Of a stretch of 64,000 nucleotides of DNA, positions 22,079 through 31,483 are shown piece after piece. The stretch is taken from IMG/VR virus record IMGVR_UViG_3300002835_000026. One strand, given 5' to 3'. The notes under the pieces were generated by a model. That model saw nothing but the letters and a program-made list of their open reading frames with translations. It was not told the DNA's origin and did no database searches. The DNA comes from a virus. Numbering within the stretch: the first letter of the stretch is position 1; each line of letters begins with the position of its first letter. A program made the translations under genes and the position numbers.

Positions 22079-23956
22079 TTATTCTCTAATTTGGGATTCA
22101 TCTAATAGCGAATCTCCTGGTTTTTCTTGACTAAGACATAATTTTTTGTCAACTTGTTCAAACAAACGTTTATTTCTTGCGAAAGCTGACTTAGCATTTT
22201 CTAAAGCAAACGGTTTGGTTGTTGATTTACCATATCCTGGTTGGTCATCTGATTTCATATCTTTAACACCTAATCTATCACGACCTAACGCGCTATCTTG
22301 TGTGTTAATATTAGATACTTTTTCTTTTGGACGACCTAATTGTGTATCATTATTATATCCTGGTGGTAATTCACCTTCTGGTCTGCCGTTTTTACTATAT
22401 AAACTGGCTAAATCATGTGGTGTACCATAAGATTTACCTGTTTCTACTGGATCATTACCTTCTTCTTTAATTTGTGCGATTCTAAATTCACGTTTTGCAT
22501 CTTCAATCATCATATCTCTATATTCATCATATGAATCTTCAGAGAATCTGAATACATTGTCATAAACCCAATCAGTAGGCATTAATTTAGTTTCAATGAT
22601 GTTTTTAGCTAAATCAACTTTTTCCTTCATTAACATAATACGTTCTTGATCATATATAATAGACGGTGTGGTTAACGATAACTCGAAGTTAGTTAATTCA
22701 TCATTAGTATAACCTTGAACATATAAATGTACTAATGCGATTTTATATAATTCAGACAATGTAATACGTTGAATACGATCAATTGTACGAGCAAAACGAA
22801 TATCTTCCGCTGCTAATGTTGCTTTACCTTGTAAATCTTTATCATAACCTAAAAATGCTTTAGGTACCTTTAATGCTGCAAATAATTTATCTCTTAAATA
22901 TGCAACGTCTTGAATACCATCGTAATCTAAACCTTTAGTATTTTCAATACGTGTTGCTTGGTCATTACCTCTTACTGGAATATAAAAATCTTCTAGTAAG
23001 TTTTGCATGTTATATTTTACGTTATATTCACCTGTCTTTTGATCCATTAATGGAGTACGTTTCATTGAACTAATAGTTTTCTGCATAAATGCTTCAACTT
23101 CATTAGGCGGGATAGAACCAACATTAATAAAGAAAGTACGTTTTTCTGGTGAACGAACTACACGATGGATTAACATTGCATCTTCCATTAACGCGTATTG
23201 TTTATATAAACGACGAGCTGGTTCTAGATAAGATCTACCATATGGTAAATAATTAACATCTGTAATTAATCTAAAGTGAGCAACCTCATAGTTTTCAAAG
23301 AAAATACCTGGTTCGTTTTGACGGCCTAAATTAGGTGTATTGTAATAACCATCACCTGATAAAAATCCTTCAGGTTTAAATTGGAAACGAACAGACGCTG
23401 GTTTGTCTTTATCATAATTTTCTTGTCTTTCAATATGATACGCTGTGTATGGAATAACATTATATACACCAAATTTTTCAGCAATTTCTAATCTTAAGAA
23501 AAAATCACCATATTTACACATTTGACGAATCCAAGACCATAAATTAAATTCGATATTTAATACATCATAAAATAAGTTATATAAAATTCTTTGAATGTTT
23601 TCATCTGATGAACGAATAGATAATACTTCACCCATATCATCTTTTAATGTAGACTCATCAGCTACAATATCAAGTGCAGAACCAACAATTGCATCCTGAT
23701 CCATGATATCATAGTCTGAATATAATTGGGTACGTAAGTATTGATAATTTAAATTTAATTGAGCTCCATAAAGTGAAGATGCATTAGTTGAATAGATTCT
23801 ATTATATCTATCCATTAATGAGTTAGTAGCGATATCACCTGTTTGTTGTATGGTGTTAACGTCCATTACTTTTAATTGATCACCACCCTGATTTCTCATC
23901 ACTACATCAGTAGAGAACAGTCGTTGTAATCGTGAAAATAAGCCTTTGTCTGCCAT
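22079..23956 (-). CDS. gp20: Portal vertex protein, T4 gp20-like
   Basis: GRSYLEPARR, LMEDAMLIHRVVRSPEKRTFFINVG, LEDFYIPVRG, KLFAALKVP. Confidence 0.93.
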   Translation of the reverse strand: MADKGLFSRLQRLFSTDVVMRNQGGDQLKVMDVNTIQQTGDIATNSLMDRYNRIYSTNASSLYGAQLNLNYQYLRTQLYSDYDIMDQDAIVGSALDIVADESTLKDDMGEVLSIRSSDENIQRILYNLFYDVLNIEFNLWSWIRQMCKYGDFFLRLEIAEKFGVYNVIPYTAYHIERQENYDKDKPASVRFQFKPEGFLSGDGYYNTPNLGRQNEPGIFFENYEVAHFRLITDVNYLPYGRSYLEPARRLYKQYALMEDAMLIHRVVRSPEKRTFFINVGSIPPNEVEAFMQKTISSMKRTPLMDQKTGEYNVKYNMQNLLEDFYIPVRGNDQATRIENTKGLDYDGIQDVAYLRDKLFAALKVPKAFLGYDKDLQGKATLAAEDIRFARTIDRIQRITLSELYKIALVHLYVQGYTNDELTNFELSLTTPSIIYDQERIMLMKEKVDLAKNIIETKLMPTDWVYDNVFRFSEDSYDEYRDMMIEDAKREFRIAQIKEEGNDPVETGKSYGTPHDLASLYSKNGRPEGELPPGYNNDTQLGRPKEKVSNINTQDSALGRDRLGVKDMKSDDQPGYGKSTTKPFALENAKSAFARNKRLFEQVDKKLCLSQEKPGDSLLDESQIRE

Positions 23957-23974
23957 TTTATTATATGTTATTAA

Positions 23975-23984
23975 TTATAAATAT
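23975..23984 (-). promoter_or_regulatory. Putative late promoter ATATTTATAA
   Basis: Recurrent motif upstream of the portal gene. Confidence 0.6.
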
Positions 23985-25561
23985 TATCGTATTAACCAAC
24001 TAATGTCTTCATTTCCGCCCATACCATTTTCTATACTATATGGGTTAGGAACACTAGAACCATACGCTCCTGTAAATCCTGTTCTGTTAACAGACATATT
24101 ACTTAATGTTGCTCTAGACATTTCTAGGTTTTGTGATTTAAATCTTAATGATGTATCTCTTAAATACATTCCAATTGCAAAACTCATAATTAAGTCATCA
24201 TTGTATCCTGATTGTGCTTCAGGACGACCATTTTTCCAAATGAATACTTTCATTTCTTCTAGTAAACGTTTAGATTGAATAACAACACTTTTATCACCTA
24301 TATACTCTCTAAATTTATTAACTATTAAAGGACGAGTTTTCAGTGATGTTGTAAAACCAGGTACTAATTTTGAATTATCCATATATTGGTCAAAATAAGC
24401 ATCAGCATTATTACTAGCATCACTTTTAGGTGAATAATATAAATTCTTATATCCACGTTCTTGAATTGCATCTAATGCTGACCAACCAATATTAGCATTT
24501 TCTACTACTAATAAAGCTTGGTTATATTCTGTAGCTAAACCAACTAAGAAAAATCCAAATTCTTTAGGTGGTAATTGACCTTTATATTCTGCTACCTGTG
24601 TATTAGATTCAACATGTATAACATGGGCTGCGGAAAAATCCTTGCCATCACCCCGTGCTACATCGGCTATAACCATATATGATTGAGTATAGTCCGCCGG
24701 TTCCCATATCCATAAGTTACGGTCAACTCCGCGGCGTTCTAGCGGTTCTTTTATTGTGGTTTGAGATATAAATTCAATCCATTCTGAATAGAATACTGTA
24801 TCACCTGAAGTACTAAAATCACAATCACACTCTTGAGATGCTAATCTAGGATCACCTAATAATTCGTCTTGTTTTTTTCTCCATGCTTCATTTCTTTCAG
24901 GATGGACAAACCAAGGTAATTTAATAGGTAAGAAATCGTTTTGTTGGGCTTCAGCTTTAACCCATGTTTGATGAAACCAATTACCTGTACCATAAGGAGT
25001 AGATAATACAATAGCACCACCACCCGTAGCTAAGGTTTGTTGAGCAGAAGCCCAAATTGTATCAATACCTTCAATAAATGCTGCCTCGTCAATTAATAGT
25101 AAAGATACAGCTTCAGATCTACCAGCATCACCAGCAGCTGATACTGCTTTAATTTGAGATCCGTTATTTAATCGTAATGTAAGTTTATTATTTTCGTCTG
25201 CTGTTACTTTTAACCATGATGGTAAATTTTCATACATGAATTTTACCTTAGTTACCATGTTTTTAGCAGTTTCTTGCTTTGTAGCAATACAAAGTACGTT
25301 TTTATCTTTATGGAATAACATTAACCATAAAGAATAACCAGCTGATAGTGTTGAAATACCTAATTGTCTTGATTTAAGTACTATACTGTATGGATTGTCT
25401 TTCCATAAATTTAATACTTTATCTTGAAATGGATATAAATTAAACATGATTCTTCCTCTTTGAGGATGTTGAATATAACAGTATTTTTTCATAAAGTGGC
25501 TTGGGTCACTCGCACACTTTACATATTCCTGTCTTATAACTTCACGTAAGTCTTGACTCAT
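23984..25561 (-). CDS. terL: Terminase large subunit
   Basis: LYPFQ, KSRQLGIST Walker A, LLIDEAAF Walker B, STPYG, ADVARGDGKDFS, NDDLIMS nuclease motif. Confidence 0.96.
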   Translation of the reverse strand: MSQDLREVIRQEYVKCASDPSHFMKKYCYIQHPQRGRIMFNLYPFQDKVLNLWKDNPYSIVLKSRQLGISTLSAGYSLWLMLFHKDKNVLCIATKQETAKNMVTKVKFMYENLPSWLKVTADENNKLTLRLNNGSQIKAVSAAGDAGRSEAVSLLLIDEAAFIEGIDTIWASAQQTLATGGGAIVLSTPYGTGNWFHQTWVKAEAQQNDFLPIKLPWFVHPERNEAWRKKQDELLGDPRLASQECDCDFSTSGDTVFYSEWIEFISQTTIKEPLERRGVDRNLWIWEPADYTQSYMVIADVARGDGKDFSAAHVIHVESNTQVAEYKGQLPPKEFGFFLVGLATEYNQALLVVENANIGWSALDAIQERGYKNLYYSPKSDASNNADAYFDQYMDNSKLVPGFTTSLKTRPLIVNKFREYIGDKSVVIQSKRLLEEMKVFIWKNGRPEAQSGYNDDLIMSFAIGMYLRDTSLRFKSQNLEMSRATLSNMSVNRTGFTGAYGSSVPNPYSIENGMGGNEDISWLIR

Positions 25562-25947
25562 ATAACTAGTAAAATACCAACAAAAGCAATAGAACTAACT
25601 ATGAACTTTAATTTGAATTTTTTTATTTGTTTTTGGTAATCAGTAATAATATTATCTTTATATTCTAATTGTTTTTGACGATCTATATCAATTTTTTTAT
25701 ATAATGAAATAGATGTATCTTGATTTTTTATAATAGAATCTTGATTGTTTGTTATTGTAACTAAAATATTAACTGAATCTCTAACTACTGTGATTTGATT
25801 TTTAAGAAAATCACGTTCATTTTTTACAATTAAAGCATTTTTTAATGTTTTAGTGGGAACTGTAACTAAATCCTCAGTTAAAAGCGTTTGTGAACTCACT
25901 AACAAGGGCATCATTAGACAAGTTATTAATACGATTATGTTCTTCAT
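25558..25947 (-). CDS. Membrane protein with signal peptide, coiled coil and C-terminal TM segment; spanin-like
   Basis: MKNIIVLITCLMMPLLVSS-Q N-terminus, FIVSSIAFVGILLVI C-terminus; overlaps the upstream gene. Confidence 0.5.
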   Translation of the reverse strand: MKNIIVLITCLMMPLLVSSQTLLTEDLVTVPTKTLKNALIVKNERDFLKNQITVVRDSVNILVTITNNQDSIIKNQDTSISLYKKIDIDRQKQLEYKDNIITDYQKQIKKFKLKFIVSSIAFVGILLVI

Positions 25948-26221
25948 TGTATTTAGTTTTATATAAATCGGCTTTATATTTTAAACCCGATAATTTTGTT
26001 TTATCTTCTGTTACTTGTTTTTTATAAACAGCAGTAACTGAATCTAATTGGGCAATTTTAATTTTAGTAGAGTCAATATTTGCCTGTAATGAATCTATTT
26101 TATTATTTAATGTTTCGTTTTCTTTAGCCAAACGGAAATTAGGATTAATGTTAAGAATATTTACAATTAATAACACTAATCCTATGTATCCTAAAAATTT
26201 AAGAATTTCTTTATACAACAT
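25874..26221 (-). CDS. N-terminal TM plus coiled-coil protein; i-spanin-like
   Basis: FLGYIGLVLLIVNIL TM followed by heptad repeats; start probably MLYKE at 26221. Confidence 0.5.
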   Translation of the reverse strand: MLYKEILKFLGYIGLVLLIVNILNINPNFRLAKENETLNNKIDSLQANIDSTKIKIAQLDSVTAVYKKQVTEDKTKLSGLKYKADLYKTKYNEEHNRINNLSNDALVSEFTNAFN

Positions 26222-27257
26222 CAAATTCAAATTTATCCTTTAATGCTTCTAATTCTTTCTTTTGTGCTGTTTTTTCTTTTAATTTAGCAACAATATTTGC
26301 TTTTTCTTCGCCTTCAGCTTTTTTATAGTCGTTAGCTAATGTCTTCATTTCTTTTTCTACTTGAATTAAACCTTTTAATACTTTATCTAATTTAGAAGTA
26401 CGTTTAGTTAATTTATCAGCAGCTTTAGATGCTTGTTTGTCAATATCTGTTTCGTCTGGCGCTGAGTCTTCGTCTCCTGCTTTATAGTAGTCATCAGCTT
26501 CTTCTTCGCCTGTGTTAATATCTTTTTCCACTGCTTTAACTGCTTTTTCTATTTTTTCTTTAGATGGTTTAACAACCGCTGCTTTTGGAGCGGCTCCACC
26601 CATTGATACTACACCTTTATCTTTTAACATACCCATTAATTCTCTGAATTTAGGATTGTTAATACTAGCTGTATCATTTAAACCAAATTCTTTAGCTACA
26701 TCAGCAACTGACATTTCACCTTTTTCTAAAAGATATTCTAATGCTTTTTTAACATTACCTTTAGCTTTTTCAATTAATGAAGCTAATTCATCTTTCATTT
26801 CTTTATTTAAAATGTAAGATACTTTAGCACGAGCCATTTCATTTAAATCATTTTCATTATTAGATAATGACATCATTAAATCTTTTAAAAGATATTTAAA
26901 ATCTTTATCTTGTAACCATCCTCTTGTATGAGCATAATAATCATAAACATCTTTAACTGAGCTTAATTTTTTAATATCCTTAATAAATTCATCTGGATTT
27001 GGAGATACTTCTGATTCAAACTCATATACTGTTTGTTGTAATGGAGTTAAATCATTAACTTCTTCAGCTACGGCTATGGATTGTCCTGATTTTTTAGCTT
27101 GATCAATTGCTGCTTTAACAGTAGCAGTTGATGTTTTTTCTGATTTAGCTATTGTGTTAATATCATCAGTTGTTGTTTGTGGACCTACCATAGTAGTTTC
27201 ACTTAATGCACCTATGATTTCTTCACGTATAAAAGATTTAAATTCTTTGATTTTCAT
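26211..27257 (-). CDS. Hypothetical modular protein with an HTH-like segment; probable capsid cargo
   Basis: MKIKEFKSFIREEI N-terminus; GEMSVADVAKEFG HTH-like; late motif at 27270-27279. Confidence 0.6.
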   Translation of the reverse strand: MKIKEFKSFIREEIIGALSETTMVGPQTTTDDINTIAKSEKTSTATVKAAIDQAKKSGQSIAVAEEVNDLTPLQQTVYEFESEVSPNPDEFIKDIKKLSSVKDVYDYYAHTRGWLQDKDFKYLLKDLMMSLSNNENDLNEMARAKVSYILNKEMKDELASLIEKAKGNVKKALEYLLEKGEMSVADVAKEFGLNDTASINNPKFRELMGMLKDKGVVSMGGAAPKAAVVKPSKEKIEKAVKAVEKDINTGEEEADDYYKAGDEDSAPDETDIDKQASKAADKLTKRTSKLDKVLKGLIQVEKEMKTLANDYKKAEGEEKANIVAKLKEKTAQKKELEALKDKFEFDVV

Positions 27258-27278
27258 GTTATATTTTTCTGATAAATA

Positions 27279-27809
27279 TTATGAAAATATTGTCTCTTTA
27301 ACTTTTTTAACACGTTCTTCATTAGTTCCGCTAATTTCTACAAAATTTTTCATACGATGTGAATATCTATCAGCAATTCTTTGAATAAAGAAATCAATTG
27401 TTTTTCTAAACTCATTATCAGTTTCACGTACTCCGTTATTTTCCATAACTGTTCCAATAGGATTTACATAAAATATATAATCATATTGACTAACAAATAA
27501 TTTAGCGTAATCTTCAAATGCTTCTTTATCTAAAACATTAATAGATTTAGCGCATTTTGCAAATGCTATAACATCAATAACTGTTCTATCAGTAATTAAT
27601 TTAGGACGCATTAATTCACTAACACGTTCGGCTAAGAATATAGTTTGACCATTTAAAGTACTATCAGTATTTAATGGAATACCTAAATCTTTTAAATATT
27701 TACTACGTTCAGTTGTAACATAGTAGTCTTTAAATTCAGGCAATTCACCTAATGATTTTACTAATGTTGTTTTACCAACACTCATTGTTCCACAAAAACC
27801 TATTTTCAT
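27279..27809 (-). CDS. NadR/Ttd14-type AAA_28 P-loop kinase/ATPase
   Basis: GTMSVGKTTL, ITDRTVID, YDYIFYV, ENNGVR. Confidence 0.8.
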   Translation of the reverse strand: MKIGFCGTMSVGKTTLVKSLGELPEFKDYYVTTERSKYLKDLGIPLNTDSTLNGQTIFLAERVSELMRPKLITDRTVIDVIAFAKCAKSINVLDKEAFEDYAKLFVSQYDYIFYVNPIGTVMENNGVRETDNEFRKTIDFFIQRIADRYSHRMKNFVEISGTNEERVKKVKETIFS

Positions 27810-27816
27810 ATATTAT

Positions 27817-27845
27817 AATGTATGTAAAGTCTCTAATGAGACCAA
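27817..27845 (-). promoter_or_regulatory. Putative early/middle promoter TTGGTC-N17-TACATT
   Basis: Same spacing and consensus as three other copies. Confidence 0.55.
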
Positions 27846-27861
27846 GTTGTAATTAATTTGT

Positions 27862-28113
27862 TTAAACTCTAGAACCAGCTGCATTGCCAGTTGATGATTT
27901 GAACCATGGTAAACCTTCACGTTGTTTACAATGTTCTTTAAATAATTTTTCAGTGTATTTAATACCATATAAATAATACTCACGTTTTTTTCTTTCACCT
28001 TGAGGTATTAATGCTGGTCCATCCCAGTTATGATACTTGCCTTCCCAAACATACGCAATTGTTCCGTCTGCTTTTGTTAATTTTTTAGTTGGTTCAAATT
28101 TTTTATTTTCCAT
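27862..28113 (-). CDS. Small hypothetical protein (HNWDGPA motif)
   Basis: 83-aa ORF with its own promoter; H-x-x-DGPA...EYYL motif common in phage proteins. Confidence 0.7.
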   Translation of the reverse strand: MENKKFEPTKKLTKADGTIAYVWEGKYHNWDGPALIPQGERKKREYYLYGIKYTEKLFKEHCKQREGLPWFKSSTGNAAGSRV

Positions 28114-28120
28114 ATAATTA

Positions 28121-28149
28121 AATATAACATCAAATTAGTAGGAGGCCAA
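28121..28149 (-). promoter_or_regulatory. Putative early/middle promoter TTGGCC-N17-TATATT
   Basis: Recurrent bipartite motif with 17-nt spacer. Confidence 0.65.
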
Positions 28150-28151
28150 AC

Positions 28152-28475
28152 TTATACTGCGAAACTTTCACCACATCCACATGTTCGTGTTGCGTTTGGA
28201 TTATTGAATTGAAATCCTTTACCATTTAACCCATCTGAAAAATCAAGTTCAGTACCTGCTAGATATAGGAATGATTTCATATCTAACACTAATTTTTCTC
28301 CGTTATCTTCAAATTCCTGGTCACCTGATTTAATAGTATTGTCAAAATCTAATTTATAAGATAAACCAGAGCAACCTCCTCCTTGTACTGATACACGGAG
28401 GAAGTATGTTTCATCAAAATTAGATTCTAATTTGATTACTTTTATTCTATCTCTAGCTTTATCTGTAATTATCAC
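28152..28475 (-). CDS. iscA: A-type Fe-S cluster carrier (IscA/ErpA/HesB family)
   Basis: LRVSVQGGGCSGLSY and NPNATRTCGCGESF. Confidence 0.95.
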   Translation of the reverse strand: MIITDKARDRIKVIKLESNFDETYFLRVSVQGGGCSGLSYKLDFDNTIKSGDQEFEDNGEKLVLDMKSFLYLAGTELDFSDGLNGKGFQFNNPNATRTCGCGESFAV

Positions 28476-29167
28476 TTGTATAATTTTAATGTTCCACTAC
28501 CTATTTCATAATTAGATAATTCATATATTACATATGATTGATTTTCAATCCAGTCTCCTGTATTGATATATCTAATATTGTCTATAGTTTTGTCTACTGG
28601 TGTGTGAATATGTCCACAAATAACAGTATGGCAATTACGTTTTTTAGCTTGTCTAACCATTTCTTGCTCATAATCAACCATAAATGAAACAGCTGCTTTA
28701 ACATTATCTTTTAAATATTTAGATAAACTTGTTTTCTTATTAATTTTCTTTAATAGTCTATCAATAACAATAGCAGCATCATAACCAATTGAGCCTAACA
28801 TACCTAACCAATGCATTTTAATAATGCCATCATATTTGTCTCCATGACAAAACCAAATACCACCTTCGATAAATTCGTCTACTATTTTAATATTACCTAA
28901 TTGCATAGGTGTATATTTTCTTAAGAATTCATCATGATTACCTGATATCCAAATAATTTCTTTTTCTTTAGATATTTTAAACAACTTACGTATTACTTTG
29001 TTATGATCCGTGCTAAACTTCTTATAACGCTGGAATAACCACCCATCAATAATATCGCCTACTAATATTAAGCGGTCGTATTCTACGGTTTTAAGTAAAT
29101 TTATAATAGCTTTAGTATTACAACCTTTAGAACCTATATGTAGGTCAGACATTACTAATGTTTTCAT
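28472..29167 (-). CDS. Calcineurin-like metallophosphoesterase, LpxH-like
   Basis: SDLHIG, GDIIDGW, GNHD, HGDKYD, CGHIH, NTGDW. Confidence 0.88.
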   Translation of the reverse strand: MKTLVMSDLHIGSKGCNTKAIINLLKTVEYDRLILVGDIIDGWLFQRYKKFSTDHNKVIRKLFKISKEKEIIWISGNHDEFLRKYTPMQLGNIKIVDEFIEGGIWFCHGDKYDGIIKMHWLGMLGSIGYDAAIVIDRLLKKINKKTSLSKYLKDNVKAAVSFMVDYEQEMVRQAKKRNCHTVICGHIHTPVDKTIDNIRYINTGDWIENQSYVIYELSNYEIGSGTLKLYK

Positions 29168-29168
29168 A

Positions 29169-30485
29169 TTATTTTAATAATGATTCGGCAACATAAATAC
29201 CATGTGCACCACTAACTGTAATACCTCTCGCACTCAACGCATCACCAACAAAGTGTACATTTGGATATTTAGTTAATGCTAAATTAGTATAGTCTACTAA
29301 TGGTTCTGGTGATAAATATTTTACTTCAGGTATATAAACTCCCCAATCATCGCCTAATGTTGGAAATATTTTTTTCATATCATCAATAAAATCTTCAATA
29401 TATTGAAAATATCCTTGAAATTCTTGTTTTATATCTTTTAATCCAATCTCATCAACTTGAGCTGTATTAATAAGAGTTCCTTCAGATGTGGTTGATGGAT
29501 TACGAGTACCATTAGGTGAATAATATAAACCTGTATTGTTAGGTTTAATTTGTAATTTATTTACTAATTCTCTAGACCAAGTAAATGGATCTTCAATATC
29601 CTTAATTTCCATAATAATACCAAAATTAGTCATTCCATTTAGATATTTAGGATCTTTTTTAGCGTGACCATTGTAAGTAACATCACCATATGTTTCTTCT
29701 ACAGCAACATAAGCCGCGTTATTGTTTGTACAAAATGAACGTAATGAAACACCTTTATCATCAAATTTTCTATATAATTTAAAGTCATATGAAATATCAA
29801 TTAGTTTTTGAAAGTGTTCTTGTGGTGCTTCAAAACGTACTCCAATTTGAACTGATTTAGGTTCATCTGGTAGTTTATATTCATTTGCTAATTGTTGAGC
29901 AAAATCAATTCCTGATTTACCTACTGCAAATATAAGTTCATCATAAGTACCAATCCAAGGACTACCTGTAGTGGTTTCACCAAATATTTCACTAAAATTA
30001 AAATCAATAGTTTTAACTTTAGTTTCCCAAAAAAATCTAACACCTTTAGATACTAAATAATCATACCAATTTTTAGCAATTTCAGATAAATAATCTGTAC
30101 CTACATGCCATACAGGAAATAAACGTAAACCGAAATATGGTTTAATAAAATCTGGTTCAGCAATTGGGTTTGAGCATTGTACTTCTTCAGGTTTAGGATG
30201 GAAACGTTTAAAGTTAGTAATAACTTGATCCATTAATTCCATTGCTTTTTCCTCGCCTGTGTACTTAGCTAATTGACCACCAATAGCTGTATGGTATGTT
30301 AATTTACCATCACTCCATCCACCTGCTCCTAACATTCCTGTCATCACCTCTTCAGGTAAGCGGTTATATGGATCTTTACCCATATCAATGATAGTAATTA
30401 AATTACCATCATATCCATTATCTACTAATTTAGTTGCAGCATTAATGCCTGCTACTCCGGCTCCAACGATTACAATTTTTTTCAT
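29169..30485 (-). CDS. FAD-dependent oxidoreductase (uncharacterised dehydrogenase family)
   Basis: IVGAGVAG Rossmann motif, GAGGWSDGKL, AVGKSG, IGVRFE, SFCTN, HFVGD...RGI. Confidence 0.88.
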   Translation of the reverse strand: MKKIVIVGAGVAGINAATKLVDNGYDGNLITIIDMGKDPYNRLPEEVMTGMLGAGGWSDGKLTYHTAIGGQLAKYTGEEKAMELMDQVITNFKRFHPKPEEVQCSNPIAEPDFIKPYFGLRLFPVWHVGTDYLSEIAKNWYDYLVSKGVRFFWETKVKTIDFNFSEIFGETTTGSPWIGTYDELIFAVGKSGIDFAQQLANEYKLPDEPKSVQIGVRFEAPQEHFQKLIDISYDFKLYRKFDDKGVSLRSFCTNNNAAYVAVEETYGDVTYNGHAKKDPKYLNGMTNFGIIMEIKDIEDPFTWSRELVNKLQIKPNNTGLYYSPNGTRNPSTTSEGTLINTAQVDEIGLKDIKQEFQGYFQYIEDFIDDMKKIFPTLGDDWGVYIPEVKYLSPEPLVDYTNLALTKYPNVHFVGDALSARGITVSGAHGIYVAESLLK

Positions 30486-30492
30486 ATATTTT

Positions 30493-30521
30493 AATATAAT
30501 TAATTTTTAACTAAAGGCCAA
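30493..30521 (-). promoter_or_regulatory. Putative early/middle promoter TTGGCC-N17-TATATT
   Basis: Recurrent bipartite motif with 17-nt spacer. Confidence 0.65.
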
Positions 30522-30527
30522 ACTAAG

Positions 30528-30598
30528 GTGGCCCACCTTTTTTAGGGTGGGCCACAGCTCCATAATGTTTTATAAAATCGACAGGCTATGAATCTGTC
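30528..30598 (-). ncRNA. Candidate structured RNA: small pseudoknot followed by a 10-bp GC-rich hairpin
   Basis: GACAG/CUGUC stem whose loop UUCAUAG complements downstream UUAUGGA; GUGGCCCACC/GGUGGGCCAC stem. Confidence 0.45.
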
Positions 30599-30611
30599 TG
30601 TATGTTATTTA

Positions 30612-31217
30612 TTATTTAAAGAATGACATATTATTATTAACAGCATATAAAAAATCTTGAGAAAATTTATAAGCTTGTTTAATTCTTTTCCCCATATATT
30701 CTTTATCACCCATAGGTTTTCCTTGGTGTACTGAATTGATAAAAGTAATTAACATATTTTTGTCTACTTCTTCTTCTTTACTTGTTGTATTGATTTTATT
30801 TAAATAAGATATAGCTATATCAGGTGTTGTACTTTTTATTGCTTTTACCATAGCATCATATGCTTGTGTATTTGACATTTTATTTATATCAGCTGTGTTT
30901 CGTTTTGCATATGAAACCGGCATTTCAGTTTTTACAACTTGCTGGATTGATTGTTTTTGGTCTTGAGAAAAACCTGGAGATGCTAACAATGATGATAATA
31001 TAGCAGCAGTCATTAAGCCTTTTTTAGCATATGATTTAATTTTTTCTAATACATCATCAAATACTCCTTCATTTAATGTATTAATTATATCATCAGCTAT
31101 TTTTTGCTCTTCTGGTGATAAAGTAGTTTCTTGAATATCTTCTCTATATTTACTTTCAGTAATAATCCCAGCAAGTTTTTGCATACGGATAAATTGCTCG
31201 TTTAATGGTTGCTTCAT
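30612..31217 (-). CDS. Hypothetical capsid-cargo protein with N-terminal RMQKLAGI and an internal hydrophobic segment
   Basis: MKQPLNEQFIRMQKLAGIITE; GLMTAAILSSLLASPGFSQ. Confidence 0.65.
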   Translation of the reverse strand: MKQPLNEQFIRMQKLAGIITESKYREDIQETTLSPEEQKIADDIINTLNEGVFDDVLEKIKSYAKKGLMTAAILSSLLASPGFSQDQKQSIQQVVKTEMPVSYAKRNTADINKMSNTQAYDAMVKAIKSTTPDIAISYLNKINTTSKEEEVDKNMLITFINSVHQGKPMGDKEYMGKRIKQAYKFSQDFLYAVNNNMSFFK

Positions 31218-31219
31218 TA

Positions 31220-31459
31220 TTATTTAATTTTATTAAGTAATTCTTTATGATACATGTTAACAGCAGTTTCTAAATTTTTAAGATCAGCATCATCAGCTGT
31301 GTTATCTCTTTCAAATTCACGCAATTTGTTTAAATACTGCTTAATAACATTTTTTTGTCCTATGTTTATAGGACTATCATTTCCGGACATTTCCTCATTT
31401 ATTTTAATTCCCGCAATTTTTTGCATTTTTATAAATTGCTCATTTAATGGCTCTTTCAT
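31220..31459 (-). CDS. Small hypothetical protein with N-terminal KMQKIAGI
   Basis: MKEPLNEQFIKMQKIAGIKINE, paralogous to the N-terminus of its neighbour. Confidence 0.65.
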   Translation of the reverse strand: MKEPLNEQFIKMQKIAGIKINEEMSGNDSPINIGQKNVIKQYLNKLREFERDNTADDADLKNLETAVNMYHKELLNKIK

Positions 31460-31483
31460 TTTTTATATATTTTTAATTTTAAA

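Noticed and set aside
27813-27998. 61-aa minus-strand ORF
   Set aside because: Overlaps the 83-aa gene out of frame and covers the promoter of the downstream kinase
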